64,000 nt of DNA from the NCBI RefSeq assembly GCF_050920415.1, contig NZ_CP169309.1. One strand, written 5' to 3'. The notes under the pieces were generated by a model, which worked only from the letters and a program-made list of their open reading frames with translations, was not told the origin of the DNA and searched no databases. This document shows positions 47,701 to 58,927 of this stretch, one piece after another; the first letter of the stretch is position 1; the number at the start of each line of letters is the position of its first letter. The position numbers and the translations under genes were made by a program. Origin of the DNA: Escherichia coli (GTDB taxonomy: Bacteria > Pseudomonadota > Gammaproteobacteria > Enterobacterales > Enterobacteriaceae).

Positions 47701-49186
47701 CCCACGCCTCGTTACGCGCCAGCGGGCCGTTGATTGCCACCACCAGCTGATAAGCCTGCTCAAACTGGCTGTGCGCGGTTTGCGCCATGCTCATTTTCTG
47801 CTCAAGAGAGAGCATTTTTTCAGTCGCTTCCAGCTCTTTCGCCTGGAAGGTTTCCAGCCATTCGGCGGCGCTGTCGGCGGTTAAGTCCGGCAGATGGCAC
47901 AGTTCTTTGGCACGATTAAGCGCAGCAATCGCCTGGTTATACTGGATCGCGCGCGTTTGCTGGACGTCCAGCGCCTGCTGGTAGTCAGCAAGCTGGCTTT
48001 TCAGCTCGTCCACTTCCAGTTCGGCAGCTTCCGCACGAGCCTCATTCTCTTCCTGGCGTTCGATGGCTTCTGCCACCACTTCGTTTTGCTCTTCCAGACG
48101 GATCTGCAGCTCATCGAGATCCGCTTCGTAGCGTTCGATCTTCTCCTGCTGACGCAGTGCGGTTTGCACCAGGTTCAGGTGATCGCTGGCCGCCTGATAA
48201 TCCGCTTCCAGATCGCCTTCGGCACCGTTGTGCTCTGCCAGTTCACGCGCCATATCGACGTGTTTGTACTGCTCAGCCGCCAGTTGCTGACGCGAAGTGT
48301 GAAGCTCACGACGAAACTCCAGCGCTTTATCCAGGTGAACACGGCGCTCGTTGGCGTGGCGCATGTAGTCCGCCGCCACGTAGTTAGTCGCTTCGCTGAT
48401 CAGATGCTTGAACAAGTCACGGTCAGACTGGGTAACACGAATCGCTTCCAGCGTCATACGGTTTTCACGCAGCGCCGCTTCCATGTCCTGAAACGCTTTG
48501 CGCACGCCGCTATTTTCTGGCAACAGGTAGTCGCGCAGAGAACGGGTGATGGCGCTGGAAATCCCGCCGTACAGCGAAGCTTCAATCAGACGATAGAATT
48601 TACTACGATCAGACGCTGAGCGCAGACGACGTGCGATGATGCCCAGATCGAACATCAGCGAGTGGTAATCGGTAATGGAGTTGAACTGCTTAAACTGCAC
48701 GCCTTCCATCGCTTCGAGCTTGTCTTTCAGCTCGTTAAGCGGGAGCACGCGCGCCTGACGTTCATTCAGAGTTTCGGTCACCAGTTGTGTCGGCTGCACC
48801 GACATCGGCAAGCCCTGAATGGCAAATGGTTTGATATCAACTTTACGATCGCGCCCGGCAACCTGTTGCAGACGCACGCCGACCACCACGCGCTGATGGC
48901 GCGAGTTAATGGTGTCGAGCATCGAATAGCAGACACCCGCTTTCAGCTTACCGTGCAGACCTTTATCGCGCGAACCGCTGGTGGCCCCGGCTTCCGTGGT
49001 GTTACGGAAATGCAGCAGGGTCAGGTCGGGGATCAGCGCCGTAACGAACGCCGCCATGGTAGTAGATTTACCCGCACCGTTACCACCGGAGAGCGTCGTA
49101 ACCAGCTCATCGAGGTCAAAAGTTCGGGCAAAAAAGCCGTTCCAGTTAATCAGCGTCAGTGAGCGAAATTTACCGCGTTCAATCAT
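44726..49186 (-). CDS. mukB: chromosome partition protein MukB (SMC-like condensin)
   Basis: 1486 aa with N-terminal Walker [10 protein letters not shown] and long coiled-coil-type sequence. Confidence 0.95.
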   Translation of the reverse strand: MIERGKFRSLTLINWNGFFARTFDLDELVTTLSGGNGAGKSTTMAAFVTALIPDLTLLHFRNTTEAGATSGSRDKGLHGKLKAGVCYSMLDTINSRHQRVVVGVRLQQVAGRDRKVDIKPFAIQGLPMSVQPTQLVTETLNERQARVLPLNELKDKLEAMEGVQFKQFNSITDYHSLMFDLGIIARRLRSASDRSKFYRLIEASLYGGISSAITRSLRDYLLPENSGVRKAFQDMEAALRENRMTLEAIRVTQSDRDLFKHLISEATNYVAADYMRHANERRVHLDKALEFRRELHTSRQQLAAEQYKHVDMARELAEHNGAEGDLEADYQAASDHLNLVQTALRQQEKIERYEADLDELQIRLEEQNEVVAEAIERQEENEARAEAAELEVDELKSQLADYQQALDVQQTRAIQYNQAIAALNRAKELCHLPDLTADSAAEWLETFQAKELEATEKMLSLEQKMSMAQTAHSQFEQAYQLVVAINGPLARNEAWDVARELLREGVDQRHLAEQVQPLRMRLSELEQRLREQQEAERLLADFCKRQGKNFDIDELEALHQELEARIASLSNSVSNAREERMALRQEQEQLQSRIQSLMQRAPVWLAAQNSLNQLSEQCGEEFSSSQDVTEFLQQLLEREREAIVERDEVGARKNAVDEEIERLSQPGGSEDQRLNALAERFGGVLLSEIYDDVSLEDAPYFSALYGPSRHAIVVPDLSQVTEHLEGLTDCPEDLYLIEGDPQSFDDSVFSVDELEKAVVVKIADRQWRYSRFPEVPLFGRAARESRIESLHAEREVLSERFATLSFDVQKTQRLHQAFSRFIGSHLAVAFESDPEAEIRQLNSRRVELERALSNHENDNQQQRIQFEQAKEGVTALNRILPRLNLLADDSLADRVDEIRERLDEAQEAARFVQQFGNQLAKLEPIVSVLQSDPEQFEQLKEDYAYSQQMQRDARQQAFALTEVVQRRAHFSYSDSAEMLSGNSDLNEKLRERLEQAEAERTRAREALRGHAAQLSQYNQVLASLKSSYDTKKELLNDLQRELQDIGVRADSGAEERARIRRDELHAQLSNNRSRRNQLEKALTFCEAEMDNLTRKLRKLERDYFEMREQVVTAKAGWCAVMRMVKDNGVERRLHRRELAYLSADDLRSMSDKALGALRLAVADNEHLRDVLRMSEDPKRPERKIQFFVAVYQHLRERIRQDIIRTDDPVEAIEQMEIELSRLTEELTSREQKLAISSRSVANIIRKTIQREQNRIRMLNQGLQNVSFGQVNSVRLNVNVRETHAMLLDVLSEQHEQHQDLFNSNRLTFSEALAKLYQRLNPQIDMGQRTPQTIGEELLDYRNYLEMEVEVNRGSDGWLRAESGALSTGEAIGTGMSILVMVVQSWEDESRRLRGKDISPCRLLFLDEAARLDARSIATLFELCERLQMQLIIAAPENISPEKGTTYKLVRKVFQNTEHVHVVGLRGFAPQLPETLPGTDEAPSQAS

Positions 49187-49890
49187 TATTCTTCCTCTCC
49201 GCTATCTGGCTGATTCTCTTCGGTTTCATCGTTGAGTTGCAGATGATTTTCAATCGGCATTGCTTCGCCATCACGAATCAGGCGACGCTGTGCTTCACGG
49301 GGATCGTCGCCAGCACGCACATCGGCTCCGAAGCGGAACACCGATTCGGTAATGCGGAACTTGCTGCTGTCGTGGCCCATAAACCACACCATGCCTAAAC
49401 GACGCAGACGGTTGAGCGAAGAACGTACTTTCTCCTGCAACTTCTGCCGGTCAACGTCTGAACCGGTTGAACGGTTGTTCACCAGTTTCAGCAGTTTCGC
49501 TTCATCGGCCAGGGTGAGCAGTTCATCGTACAGTTCCTGCTGGGTGAAAATCCCCTCATTCGCCAGCCGTTCCGGGCTGAGATAAAGATAACAGAGGATT
49601 TTCCCGACCATCATATCCAGTTCCGACAAGACGGAACGAGGGATAATAGTGGTGGAACGTGGGCGTAAATAGAAGAACCCCTCCGGTGCGCGAATAAGCT
49701 CAACGTTATAACGCGCGTAAAATTCTTCCAGATATTCCTGAAAATCCATCAGGAATGCATGATTATCCAGTTCGTCAAGGCCAATATGGCGGCCTGAACG
49801 TAAGGCGCTATCCAGCGCCGGAAATAACGGATTCGCCAGCGCCTGCGCCAGCTTAACCGGCATCACTTGTTCAATATTTGTCGATGACAT
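49186..49890 (-). CDS. mukE: chromosome partition protein MukE
   Basis: 234 aa from [16 protein letters not shown]...; 1-bp overlap with mukB (TAATG) and 20-bp overlap with mukF; start choice moderately certain. Confidence 0.85.
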
Positions 49891-51193
49891 GCGCCTGTAC
49901 CTTGGCTCCGTAATCATTAATCGGCTGCCATTTCGCTGGCAGTCCGGTGAAATCTGCTTGCGCTACGCCAAGACGTACCGCCTGATCAATAACAATGCGC
50001 GCAACGTCAAAGTGACGTGCACGCGGATACTGTGACAGATATTCGCGTACCACCAGACCAAGATCCAACGGCACTTGTCTGGTTTTGTACACGGCAAGTT
50101 GTTCTTCGATGATCGCCGCCAGCTGTTCGCGGATCTCGTTAAACTCTTCGTACTCCAGATCCTCAGGAAGTTCCCCAGTCACCTCTTCATCGCGCAGTGC
50201 CATCTCTTCGTCACGCATATCCAGCAGACGATCGGCATTGGCATAAGTTAGCGCCCACGGTTCATCAAAATAGGTTTGTACCGACTGACGTAACCGCTGA
50301 GCAAAGACGCGGTTTTTATCCATATCGATAGCGGTACGAATAAATTTGTGTACGTGGCGGTCGTAGCCAATCCATAAGTCGATGGATTGCTGGCCCCAGC
50401 TGATAATACGGTCAAGTTTGCTTTGCAGATCGAACACCAGACGATCGACGAAATGCAGATCATCATGAGTCATCGTCGCATCCTGAATGCGTAACAGATT
50501 AGCCTGCAATTTATCACCTGCCGCTTCCAGCGTATCCTGCAATTCACGCAGCGTTCCGGAAGTTTCCGAAAGCAACAATTCGCAGCTGGAAATCGCCGCC
50601 CGCCAGTCTTTGTTCAGCAACTGGGCGATATCATCTTTCACCTGCTGCTGCTGTTCGTCCATCAGACGTTGCGTCAGGTCGATGCTGTCGAAAATTTCTG
50701 CTACCGAATATTTCAGTGGCGCATAGACATTACGGTGCCAGTGAAACTCATCACCGCCCTCTTCGGCGGCATCTGCCGCGCGTTTCAGTTCGCCCGCCAC
50801 AATCGACAACTGCATAGAAAGGCGCAGCGTCGAAAACTCGCGCTGACGGATGTAGTAATCGGTAATACCGATGCCAAGCGGCGTCAGACGGTAAATTGCG
50901 TTCCCTTCAGCCTGCTCGCTGGTAAAGCGGTTCAGCAGACGTTGACGCACCATGTCGTTGATCGCGTTGTTGGCGCGCACGCCGATGGTTTCGCTGGTTT
51001 GCTCAAACGCATCACTCACATGGCGGAATGCATCCACCAGCTCGCCTTCACTCATCTCACCATCCAGACGCTCGCCGTTCAGCGTGGCAACTGCCAGCAG
51101 AAAAGAGAGTCGGTCTACCGGCAGCGAGATGGAGAAGTCATTTTTTCTGGCCCAGGCAACCAGTTCGGGGACTGTCTGGGAAAATTCACTCAT
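49871..51193 (-). CDS. mukF: chromosome partition protein MukF (kleisin)
   Basis: 440 aa [22 protein letters not shown]... Confidence 0.95.
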
Positions 51194-51975
51194 ACTTTAT
51201 CCTTGCTCTGCGGTTTGCGCGCGGTGACATGAATATAACGCCCCAGGGTAATATACGGTTCCTGACGGCAATAACGCGTTTCTAATTCAAGTAATGCTTC
51301 ATAGCAGTCGCGCTGCTGGTGCTTCTCGCGCAGGTAATCATGAAACACGCGAACGCCGGTCTTACCCATAATTTGCCAACCAGCTTCTTCCAGCCACAGA
51401 TAAACCTGCGCCGGGTCGCGTGGATAATCTGGCGAAAGCGTCCGTTTTTTCTTTTTCGGCATTCCCGCCTGCACGTAATCAAAATTCCCGGCGACCATGT
51501 TATGCATCAGCAAGCCGTGCGCATTGTAGAACATTAACGACAACACACCGCCTGGACGTAACACTGACCACAGGGTCTGCAATACGCTGCGGGGATCGGC
51601 CACCCACTCGAGCACCGCATGGAACAATATCAGATCAACGGGCGTTTCCAAATGCGAAGCAACATCCTGAGCGGCGCAATGTATAAATTGCATGTTGTCG
51701 CTCACACCTTTTGCTTCTGCCGCCTGTTTTGCGCGGTCGATCATCTGCGCTGAAAGATCGCATAAAATGACCTGATGCCCACGCTCGGCCATTTTGATTG
51801 CGGTCTGCCCTTCTCCACCGCCAGCATCCAGCACACGCAGTTTTTGCGAGCCCATTTCCGCCAGCACGCGATCGAGATCCTGCCACAGAATAGCCTGTCG
51901 AAGCTGCCCTTTGGTGGTGCCGTAAATGTTACGGGAAAACTTTTCCGCAATATCATCAAAATTGCGATCCTGCAT
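51190..51975 (-). CDS. cmoM: SAM-dependent tRNA methyltransferase CmoM (SmtA)
   Basis: 261 aa from [13 protein letters not shown]...; LDAGGGEG methyltransferase motif; 4-bp overlap with mukF. Confidence 0.9.
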
Positions 51976-52110
51976 TGCTTTCTCCACCGGTTGGCTAAGA
52001 CGTTTTCTGATAAAGACGCTATTTTGTCACAGCCACGGCGAGAATGAACCCGTCTGGTGTAATATCGCTGGCGATCCCTTGCTATATGGTCAAAAAAGGA
52101 ACCAGAAAGG

Positions 52111-52890
52111 ATGCTTTTTACACTGAAAAAAGTGATTGGCAATATGTTGCTGCCACTTCCGCTGATGTTGCTGATTATTGGCGCTGGCCTGGCGCTGCTG
52201 TGGTTTAGCCGTTTTCAAAAAACCGGGAAGATTTTTATTAGCATTGGGTGGCTGGCGCTCTTGTTATTGAGTTTGCAACCGATAGCCGACCGCCTGCTGC
52301 GTCCCATCGAAAGCACCTATCCGACATGGAATAATTCGCAAAAAGTGGACTATATCGTGGTGCTCGGAGGTGGTTATACCTGGAACCCGCAGTGGGCACC
52401 GAGCTCTAATTTAATCAATAACAGTCTGCCACGCCTGAATGAAGGTATCCGCTTATGGCGCGAAAATCCGGGATCAAAACTGATCTTCACGGGAGGCGTA
52501 GCAAAAACCAATACGGTGAGTACAGCCGAAGTAGGTGCCCGAGTTGCGCAATCGCTGGGCGTGCCGCGCGAGCAAATTATCACTCTGGATTTGCCAAAAG
52601 ATACCGAAGAAGAAGCTGCGGCAGTGAAACAGGCAATTGGTGACGCACCTTTCCTGCTGGTGACCTCCGCATCACATCTGCCGCGGGCGATGATCTTTTT
52701 TCAGCAGGAAGGGTTAAATCCGCTACCAGCCCCGGCGAATCAGTTGGCCATCGACTCGCCGCTTAATCCGTGGGAACGAGCTATCCCTTCTCCAGTCTGG
52801 TTAATGCATAGCGATCGTGTTGGATATGAAACGCTTGGCCGCATCTGGCAGTGGCTGAAAGGTTCGTCAGGCGAGCCACGGCAAGAGTGA
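52111..52890 (+). CDS. elyC: envelope biogenesis factor ElyC (DUF218)
   Basis: 259-aa ORF with N-terminal transmembrane segments. Confidence 0.9.
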   Translation: MLFTLKKVIGNMLLPLPLMLLIIGAGLALLWFSRFQKTGKIFISIGWLALLLLSLQPIADRLLRPIESTYPTWNNSQKVDYIVVLGGGYTWNPQWAPSSNLINNSLPRLNEGIRLWRENPGSKLIFTGGVAKTNTVSTAEVGARVAQSLGVPREQIITLDLPKDTEEEAAAVKQAIGDAPFLLVTSASHLPRAMIFFQQEGLNPLPAPANQLAIDSPLNPWERAIPSPVWLMHSDRVGYETLGRIWQWLKGSSGEPRQE

Positions 52891-53760
52891 TTTTGATGCC
52901 AGATCGAAGTTGCGCCGACTAAATCGTCCGGTATTAACCAGTTGCGCAACTTCATCCCATAACACATACAACCAACGCCGCCAGATGAACGACTCCGCCA
53001 CTGGCGCGCGTTGCAGATAACTCCAGAGCAAATCTTCCGCCAGAGAATTATCCATTAGTCGGAACAGTTCGTATTCTCGCGGTGCCCAAAGCATTAGTCC
53101 CGGTCCGACCATCGCCAGTAACTGATCGCTGCGCGAATCTTTCAGCATGCTGCCTAAACAGAAGTTACCGTGAATCAGCACACAATTGTCGTTAAAGCCT
53201 TCAAATAATGCCGGGAGACATTCACGGGTGCGAAACAGGATCCGCTTATCTTGCATCGTTAGACCGGTGTTATTGAACTGATTGAGCGTAGTCCATAGCA
53301 CTTCAACATGTTGCCGGTACCATGAGGGCCAGAAATTTTCCTGAGTATTGTCGACCGCGCCGACGCAACCACGACTGTCCTGACGGTGCCAGGCCAGTAA
53401 GGCTTCAACGATTTGGTCTTTGAGTTGTTCCCAGCGTTCTGGTGTTCGGGCTGGTGCCTCCACCGAAACACCACGCATTCGCTCCAGTAGCAGGACATCG
53501 GGGCCGGGGTGTTCTTCATGCGTCATCACACCATAAATAGTCGGCATACGGACAGTCCCACTTCTTGCCAGCATGGTGGTTTTCCATGCCAGTTGTCGGG
53601 CTCTTCCGGGCGCACTAAAGCTTCTTGCCATTAACGGCATTGGGTTTCCCTGGCTGTCATACAAAGCCCACAACGCCGTATCCGCTTTTTCATTGACGCA
53701 CTCAATACGACTGAGTTTTTCGCCCAGTAAATGGCTTAATTCGGCACGCAGCTGTTCCAT
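52867..53760 (-). CDS. ycbJ: uncharacterised kinase-like protein YcbJ (aminoglycoside phosphotransferase-like fold, tentative)
   Basis: 297-aa ORF MEQLRAELSHLLGEKLSRIE...; family assignment from memory. Confidence 0.8.
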   Translation of the reverse strand: MEQLRAELSHLLGEKLSRIECVNEKADTALWALYDSQGNPMPLMARSFSAPGRARQLAWKTTMLARSGTVRMPTIYGVMTHEEHPGPDVLLLERMRGVSVEAPARTPERWEQLKDQIVEALLAWHRQDSRGCVGAVDNTQENFWPSWYRQHVEVLWTTLNQFNNTGLTMQDKRILFRTRECLPALFEGFNDNCVLIHGNFCLGSMLKDSRSDQLLAMVGPGLMLWAPREYELFRLMDNSLAEDLLWSYLQRAPVAESFIWRRWLYVLWDEVAQLVNTGRFSRRNFDLASKSLLPWLA

Positions 53761-53913
53761 TCAGATTACCCTCATAAAAGCTACTGCTTTCATAATGAGC
53801 GCCAATATAAAAGATGTCACCTGAATGAGATCAATTGTTGAAAAGAAAAATTGAGGAAAATCGTAACGGTACGACACTCCTCCCAAAATTGGCTGGAGTG
53901 TCGTGAAGTGAAA

Positions 53914-54839
<926 letters not shown>

Positions 54840-54890
54840 AGTTCCTCCAGATGGATCGGGTTATGAATGCATAAATCTTATCATAATCAT

Positions 54891-56123
54891 TTATGCGACG
54901 GGGTCTATTTCCCAGCCGGCGCGGCAATCAGTAAAGAGGCCTTGCGGGCAGCGTCCTAATGTCACCCGCGTTGCCTGCTGCCAGTTAGCGAAATCAGTAA
55001 TCGCCTGACGTAACCCTTTTTGCAGCGTTGTCGTTGGTTTAATGCCTTCCTGTAACCACAGAGAGATAACTTCAAGGATGCCTGTCTGGCGATGCATTTT
55101 GGCATCCATTCGCCCAACTAATTGCCCACGATGTAATAACGGCAGAACAAAATAGCCATACTGGCGTTTCGGCGCTGGGGTATAGCACTCCAGCCGGTAG
55201 CTAAAATCAAAAAGCTGCTCCGCGCGTTTGCGATCCCAGACAACAGGATCAAAAGGCGAAAGTACCGCGCTGTGCGTTGCAGTGAGCTTTCCGGCGAGCG
55301 CGCGTTCGAGTAGCGGCAGCAAATCAGCATGCAGCCAAAGATTGCCCAATTTTTCAACATGCACAGCAATGATTTGCTGCTGTTCAGCCCTCGCTTCGCG
55401 CCAAGCCGCCAGTGCCGGACGTTTCAGCCGATAGTAATCTGCCAGCCACTGTTCGCGGAATATGCCCAGGCTACGCGCACTGTTATCCAGCATGATGATT
55501 TCTGCTTCTGTTTGCGAAACGAGATCGCGCTCATCATCCCAGTCAGGCATGACACGGTGGGTTAAATCATAAACGCGCTGGAAGTTGCGCCGTTCAATCA
55601 CCATCACCTTTCCGGCAGTAAATAAACCTTCCAGATGCCGTTTATGCGGCTTCCATTCCCACCAACCGCTTGCACCTTTACGAGAATGCTCGAAATCGGC
55701 TGAACGTACCGGCCCCTTATCATGAATATGTTGAATTAACTGTGCAATTTCTGCCGCATGTTCCTGCATCCAGGCGTCTTTGTATTTCCAGCCCATTTTT
55801 TCAGGTGCCAGCATGCGGTGGCGAATAAGACGAAAATCGCTACGTGGCATAAAGCAGGCTTCATGCGCCCAGTATTCCATTAATTCGCCACGCGCCAGAG
55901 ACTCATCCAACCACTGCGCAGGATAATTTCCCAGACGACTGAAAAGCACCAGATATGGACTACGGGCAACAATATTGATGGTATCGATTCGCAGCAAGGA
56001 CATGCGGGAGATCGTTGCCGGAATATCCTCCAACGACGCTCGACGGCGGGGTTTGTTTAACAGGCCTTGCGCGGCAAGGTGAAGATTACGCGCATCAGCA
56101 AGGGAGAGGTGCGGCAGCGACAT
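54891..56123 (-). CDS. ycaQ: winged-helix DNA glycosylase YcaQ
   Basis: 410-aa ORF recognised as YcaQ. Confidence 0.85.
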   Translation of the reverse strand: MSLPHLSLADARNLHLAAQGLLNKPRRRASLEDIPATISRMSLLRIDTINIVARSPYLVLFSRLGNYPAQWLDESLARGELMEYWAHEACFMPRSDFRLIRHRMLAPEKMGWKYKDAWMQEHAAEIAQLIQHIHDKGPVRSADFEHSRKGASGWWEWKPHKRHLEGLFTAGKVMVIERRNFQRVYDLTHRVMPDWDDERDLVSQTEAEIIMLDNSARSLGIFREQWLADYYRLKRPALAAWREARAEQQQIIAVHVEKLGNLWLHADLLPLLERALAGKLTATHSAVLSPFDPVVWDRKRAEQLFDFSYRLECYTPAPKRQYGYFVLPLLHRGQLVGRMDAKMHRQTGILEVISLWLQEGIKPTTTLQKGLRQAITDFANWQQATRVTLGRCPQGLFTDCRAGWEIDPVA

Positions 56124-56159
56124 TCATGACTCCGTCAATCGAACGCTGCCGCGGCGTAA

Positions 56160-57146
56160 CTAGTTGCCAGAAGCCAGCGAGGTTAGTTGCGCAAGCAGTT
56201 TCGCTGGTTCATCGCCTGAAAGCTGTGCGTCAACAGGCAAATACCACCAATTATCATCTGCAAAGGCCCGGCATTTCACCGCATCTTTTTCAGTCATAAC
56301 TAGCGTTTGCCCGTCGCTTACCAACGCGCTGACATCCGTATAATTCAAAGACTGATGATCGGCCAGTGGTACACATTTTTCCGGTTGTACGCCGCACATC
56401 TTCAGCGTGGCAAAAAAGCGCGGCGGATGCCCAATCCCCGCCATCGCCACCACATGTTCAAGTTGAGCAACGTCACAACGCGTACCGGTACGTAAATTCA
56501 CCGCCTGCCCCGGCAGCAGATGCATGGGGATTTCACCGCTGCGGGGGACACCGCCGTTGACGATTACCGCATCAACCGACTTTAAGCGCCCCGCTCGCTC
56601 ACGCATTGGCCCCGCCGGCAACCACCAGCCATTGCCAAAGCGACGCACGCCATCAATAACGACGATTTCAACATCACGCGCCAGACGATAATGCTGTAAA
56701 CCGTCGTCGGTTACGATGATCTGCACATCAGGGTGTTGCGCCAGAATGGCTTTTACCGCATCAGAACGCACGGGAGAAACCGCAACAGGCGCGCCAGTGC
56801 GTTGATAAATCAACACAGGTTCATCACCCGCCTGTGCTGTGGTGGTATCTACCGACAATAACAGCGGATACGATTCAGCCTTACCGCCATATCCCCGGGA
56901 CACGACTCCCACGCGAATACCGCGCTGTTGCAACTGTTCCACCAGCCAGACAACGACCGGAGTTTTTCCGTTGCCGCCAGCGGTGAGATTACCAACCACG
57001 ACAACCGGTACGGGGGCACGCCAGGCGCGCTTCAGTTTTAGTTTATAGCAAAGACGGATCGCGCCACTCACCAGACCATACAACCAGGAGAGTGGCAGCA
57101 ATAGCCGCCACAAAGGGGATTCACCAGACCAGATTTTTTCGATCAT
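56160..57146 (-). CDS. lpxK: tetraacyldisaccharide 4'-kinase
   Basis: 328 aa with P-loop-like [11 protein letters not shown]; 4-bp overlap with msbA. Confidence 0.95.
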   Translation of the reverse strand: MIEKIWSGESPLWRLLLPLSWLYGLVSGAIRLCYKLKLKRAWRAPVPVVVVGNLTAGGNGKTPVVVWLVEQLQQRGIRVGVVSRGYGGKAESYPLLLSVDTTTAQAGDEPVLIYQRTGAPVAVSPVRSDAVKAILAQHPDVQIIVTDDGLQHYRLARDVEIVVIDGVRRFGNGWWLPAGPMRERAGRLKSVDAVIVNGGVPRSGEIPMHLLPGQAVNLRTGTRCDVAQLEHVVAMAGIGHPPRFFATLKMCGVQPEKCVPLADHQSLNYTDVSALVSDGQTLVMTEKDAVKCRAFADDNWWYLPVDAQLSGDEPAKLLAQLTSLASGN

Positions 57147-58891
57147 TGGCCAAACTGCATTTTGTGAAGTTGCGCGTAAACGCCACGGTGCTCAAGCAAA
57201 TCGTTATGCGTACCGCGTTCCACAATGACACCATCCTCGACGACCACGATTTCGTCTGCCTTTTCAATGGTAGACAAGCGGTGGGCAATCACCAGAGAGG
57301 TACGGTTTTTCTGCAACTCATCCAGTGCCGCCTGAATCGCACGTTCAGATTCGGTATCCAGCGCCGAGGTAGCTTCGTCCAGAATCAGAATCGGGCTATC
57401 ACGCAACAAGGCTCGAGCGATGGCAATACGCTGACGCTGACCGCCAGAGAGCAGCACGCCGTTTTCACCAATCACTGTATCGAGACCGTTATCCATCTTA
57501 TTGATGAAGTCCATGGCGTAGGCCATACGCGCCGCTTCTTCAATTTGCTCACGGCTGTACTGTTCTGTCCGTGCGTAAGCAATGTTGTTGGCAACCGTAT
57601 CGTTAAACAGATGGACATTCTGCGACACCAGAGCAACCTGGTTACGTAAAGACGCCAGGGTATACTCGCGCAGATCGTGACCATCCATCAGGATTTCGCC
57701 TTCATCAATATCGTAAAAACGTGTGATTAGGCTGGCGATGGTTGATTTACCTGAACCAGAGCGTCCAACCAGAGCAACCGTCTTCCCTGCCGGAATTTTC
57801 AGGTTGATGTTACGCAATGCGGGTACATCACGTCCCGGATAAGTAAAGGTGACATTGCGGAATTCTACGTCGCCAGTCGCACGCTCGATCACGCGCTTAC
57901 CTTCGTCTTTCTCCTGCTCACTGTCCAGAATGGTAAACAGCGTCTGACAAGCCGCCATACCGCGCTGGAACTGGGCGTTAACGTTGGTCAGCGATTTCAG
58001 CGGACGCATCAGTGCAATCATTGAAGAGAAAACAACGGTAATCGTACCGGCAGTCAGGCTATCCATGACGCTAGGGAAGCTCGCCGCATACAGAACAAAC
58101 GCCAGCGCTAAAGAGGCGATCAACTGAATGATCGGATCAGAGATGGAAGAGGCTGAAACCATTTTCATCCCCTGAAGACGCATTCGGTTACTGACTTTAT
58201 CGAAGCGTTTCGTTTCCACCTCCTGACCACCAAAAATCAATACTTCTTTGTGGCCCTTCAGCATTTGTTCTGCGCTGGTGGTCACCTGCCCCATGGTGTT
58301 CTGCATGTTTTTACTGATGTTGCGAAAACGCTTCGATACAACGCGAATCGCAATCGAAACAATCGGTGCCAGCACAATCAAAATGATCGACAGTTGCCAA
58401 CTGTAATAGAACATCATGATGAACAGGCCGATGATCGACGCACCTTCACGCACAACAGTAATCAGTGCGCCGGAAGAAGAAGAAGCAACCTGTTCGGAAT
58501 CGTAGGTGATACGTGACAACAGCGTACCCGTTGACTGTTTGTCAAAGAATGAAACTGGCATTCCCATCATGTGACCAAACAGGCGGCGACGCATGGTCAT
58601 TACCACCTTTCCTGATACCCAGGAGATACAGTAGCTGGAGACATAGCTGGTGATACCACGTAAAATCATCAGCCCGATCACCACCAGCGGCATCCACACC
58701 AGCACGGAGCGATCTGTTTTACCAAAGCCATCATCAAGAAGTGGCTTAAGGAGCGATAACATGAAGGTATCGCTGGCTGCGTTGAGGATTAACGCTACGC
58801 CCGCCACGATCAGACCCGCTTTAAAAGGCGCAATGGTTGGCCACAGTCGGCGGAACGTCTGCCACGTAGAGAGATCTTTGTCGTTATGCAT
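57143..58891 (-). CDS. msbA: lipid A / lipopolysaccharide flippase MsbA (ABC exporter)
   Basis: 582 aa with N-terminal transmembrane domain, Walker [10 protein letters not shown] and LSGGQRQR signature. Confidence 0.95.
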   Translation of the reverse strand: MHNDKDLSTWQTFRRLWPTIAPFKAGLIVAGVALILNAASDTFMLSLLKPLLDDGFGKTDRSVLVWMPLVVIGLMILRGITSYVSSYCISWVSGKVVMTMRRRLFGHMMGMPVSFFDKQSTGTLLSRITYDSEQVASSSSGALITVVREGASIIGLFIMMFYYSWQLSIILIVLAPIVSIAIRVVSKRFRNISKNMQNTMGQVTTSAEQMLKGHKEVLIFGGQEVETKRFDKVSNRMRLQGMKMVSASSISDPIIQLIASLALAFVLYAASFPSVMDSLTAGTITVVFSSMIALMRPLKSLTNVNAQFQRGMAACQTLFTILDSEQEKDEGKRVIERATGDVEFRNVTFTYPGRDVPALRNINLKIPAGKTVALVGRSGSGKSTIASLITRFYDIDEGEILMDGHDLREYTLASLRNQVALVSQNVHLFNDTVANNIAYARTEQYSREQIEEAARMAYAMDFINKMDNGLDTVIGENGVLLSGGQRQRIAIARALLRDSPILILDEATSALDTESERAIQAALDELQKNRTSLVIAHRLSTIEKADEIVVVEDGVIVERGTHNDLLEHRGVYAQLHKMQFGQ

Positions 58892-58927
58892 TCAAAAAAC
58901 CAGCATTTGTTGAAATAGCCGCATATT

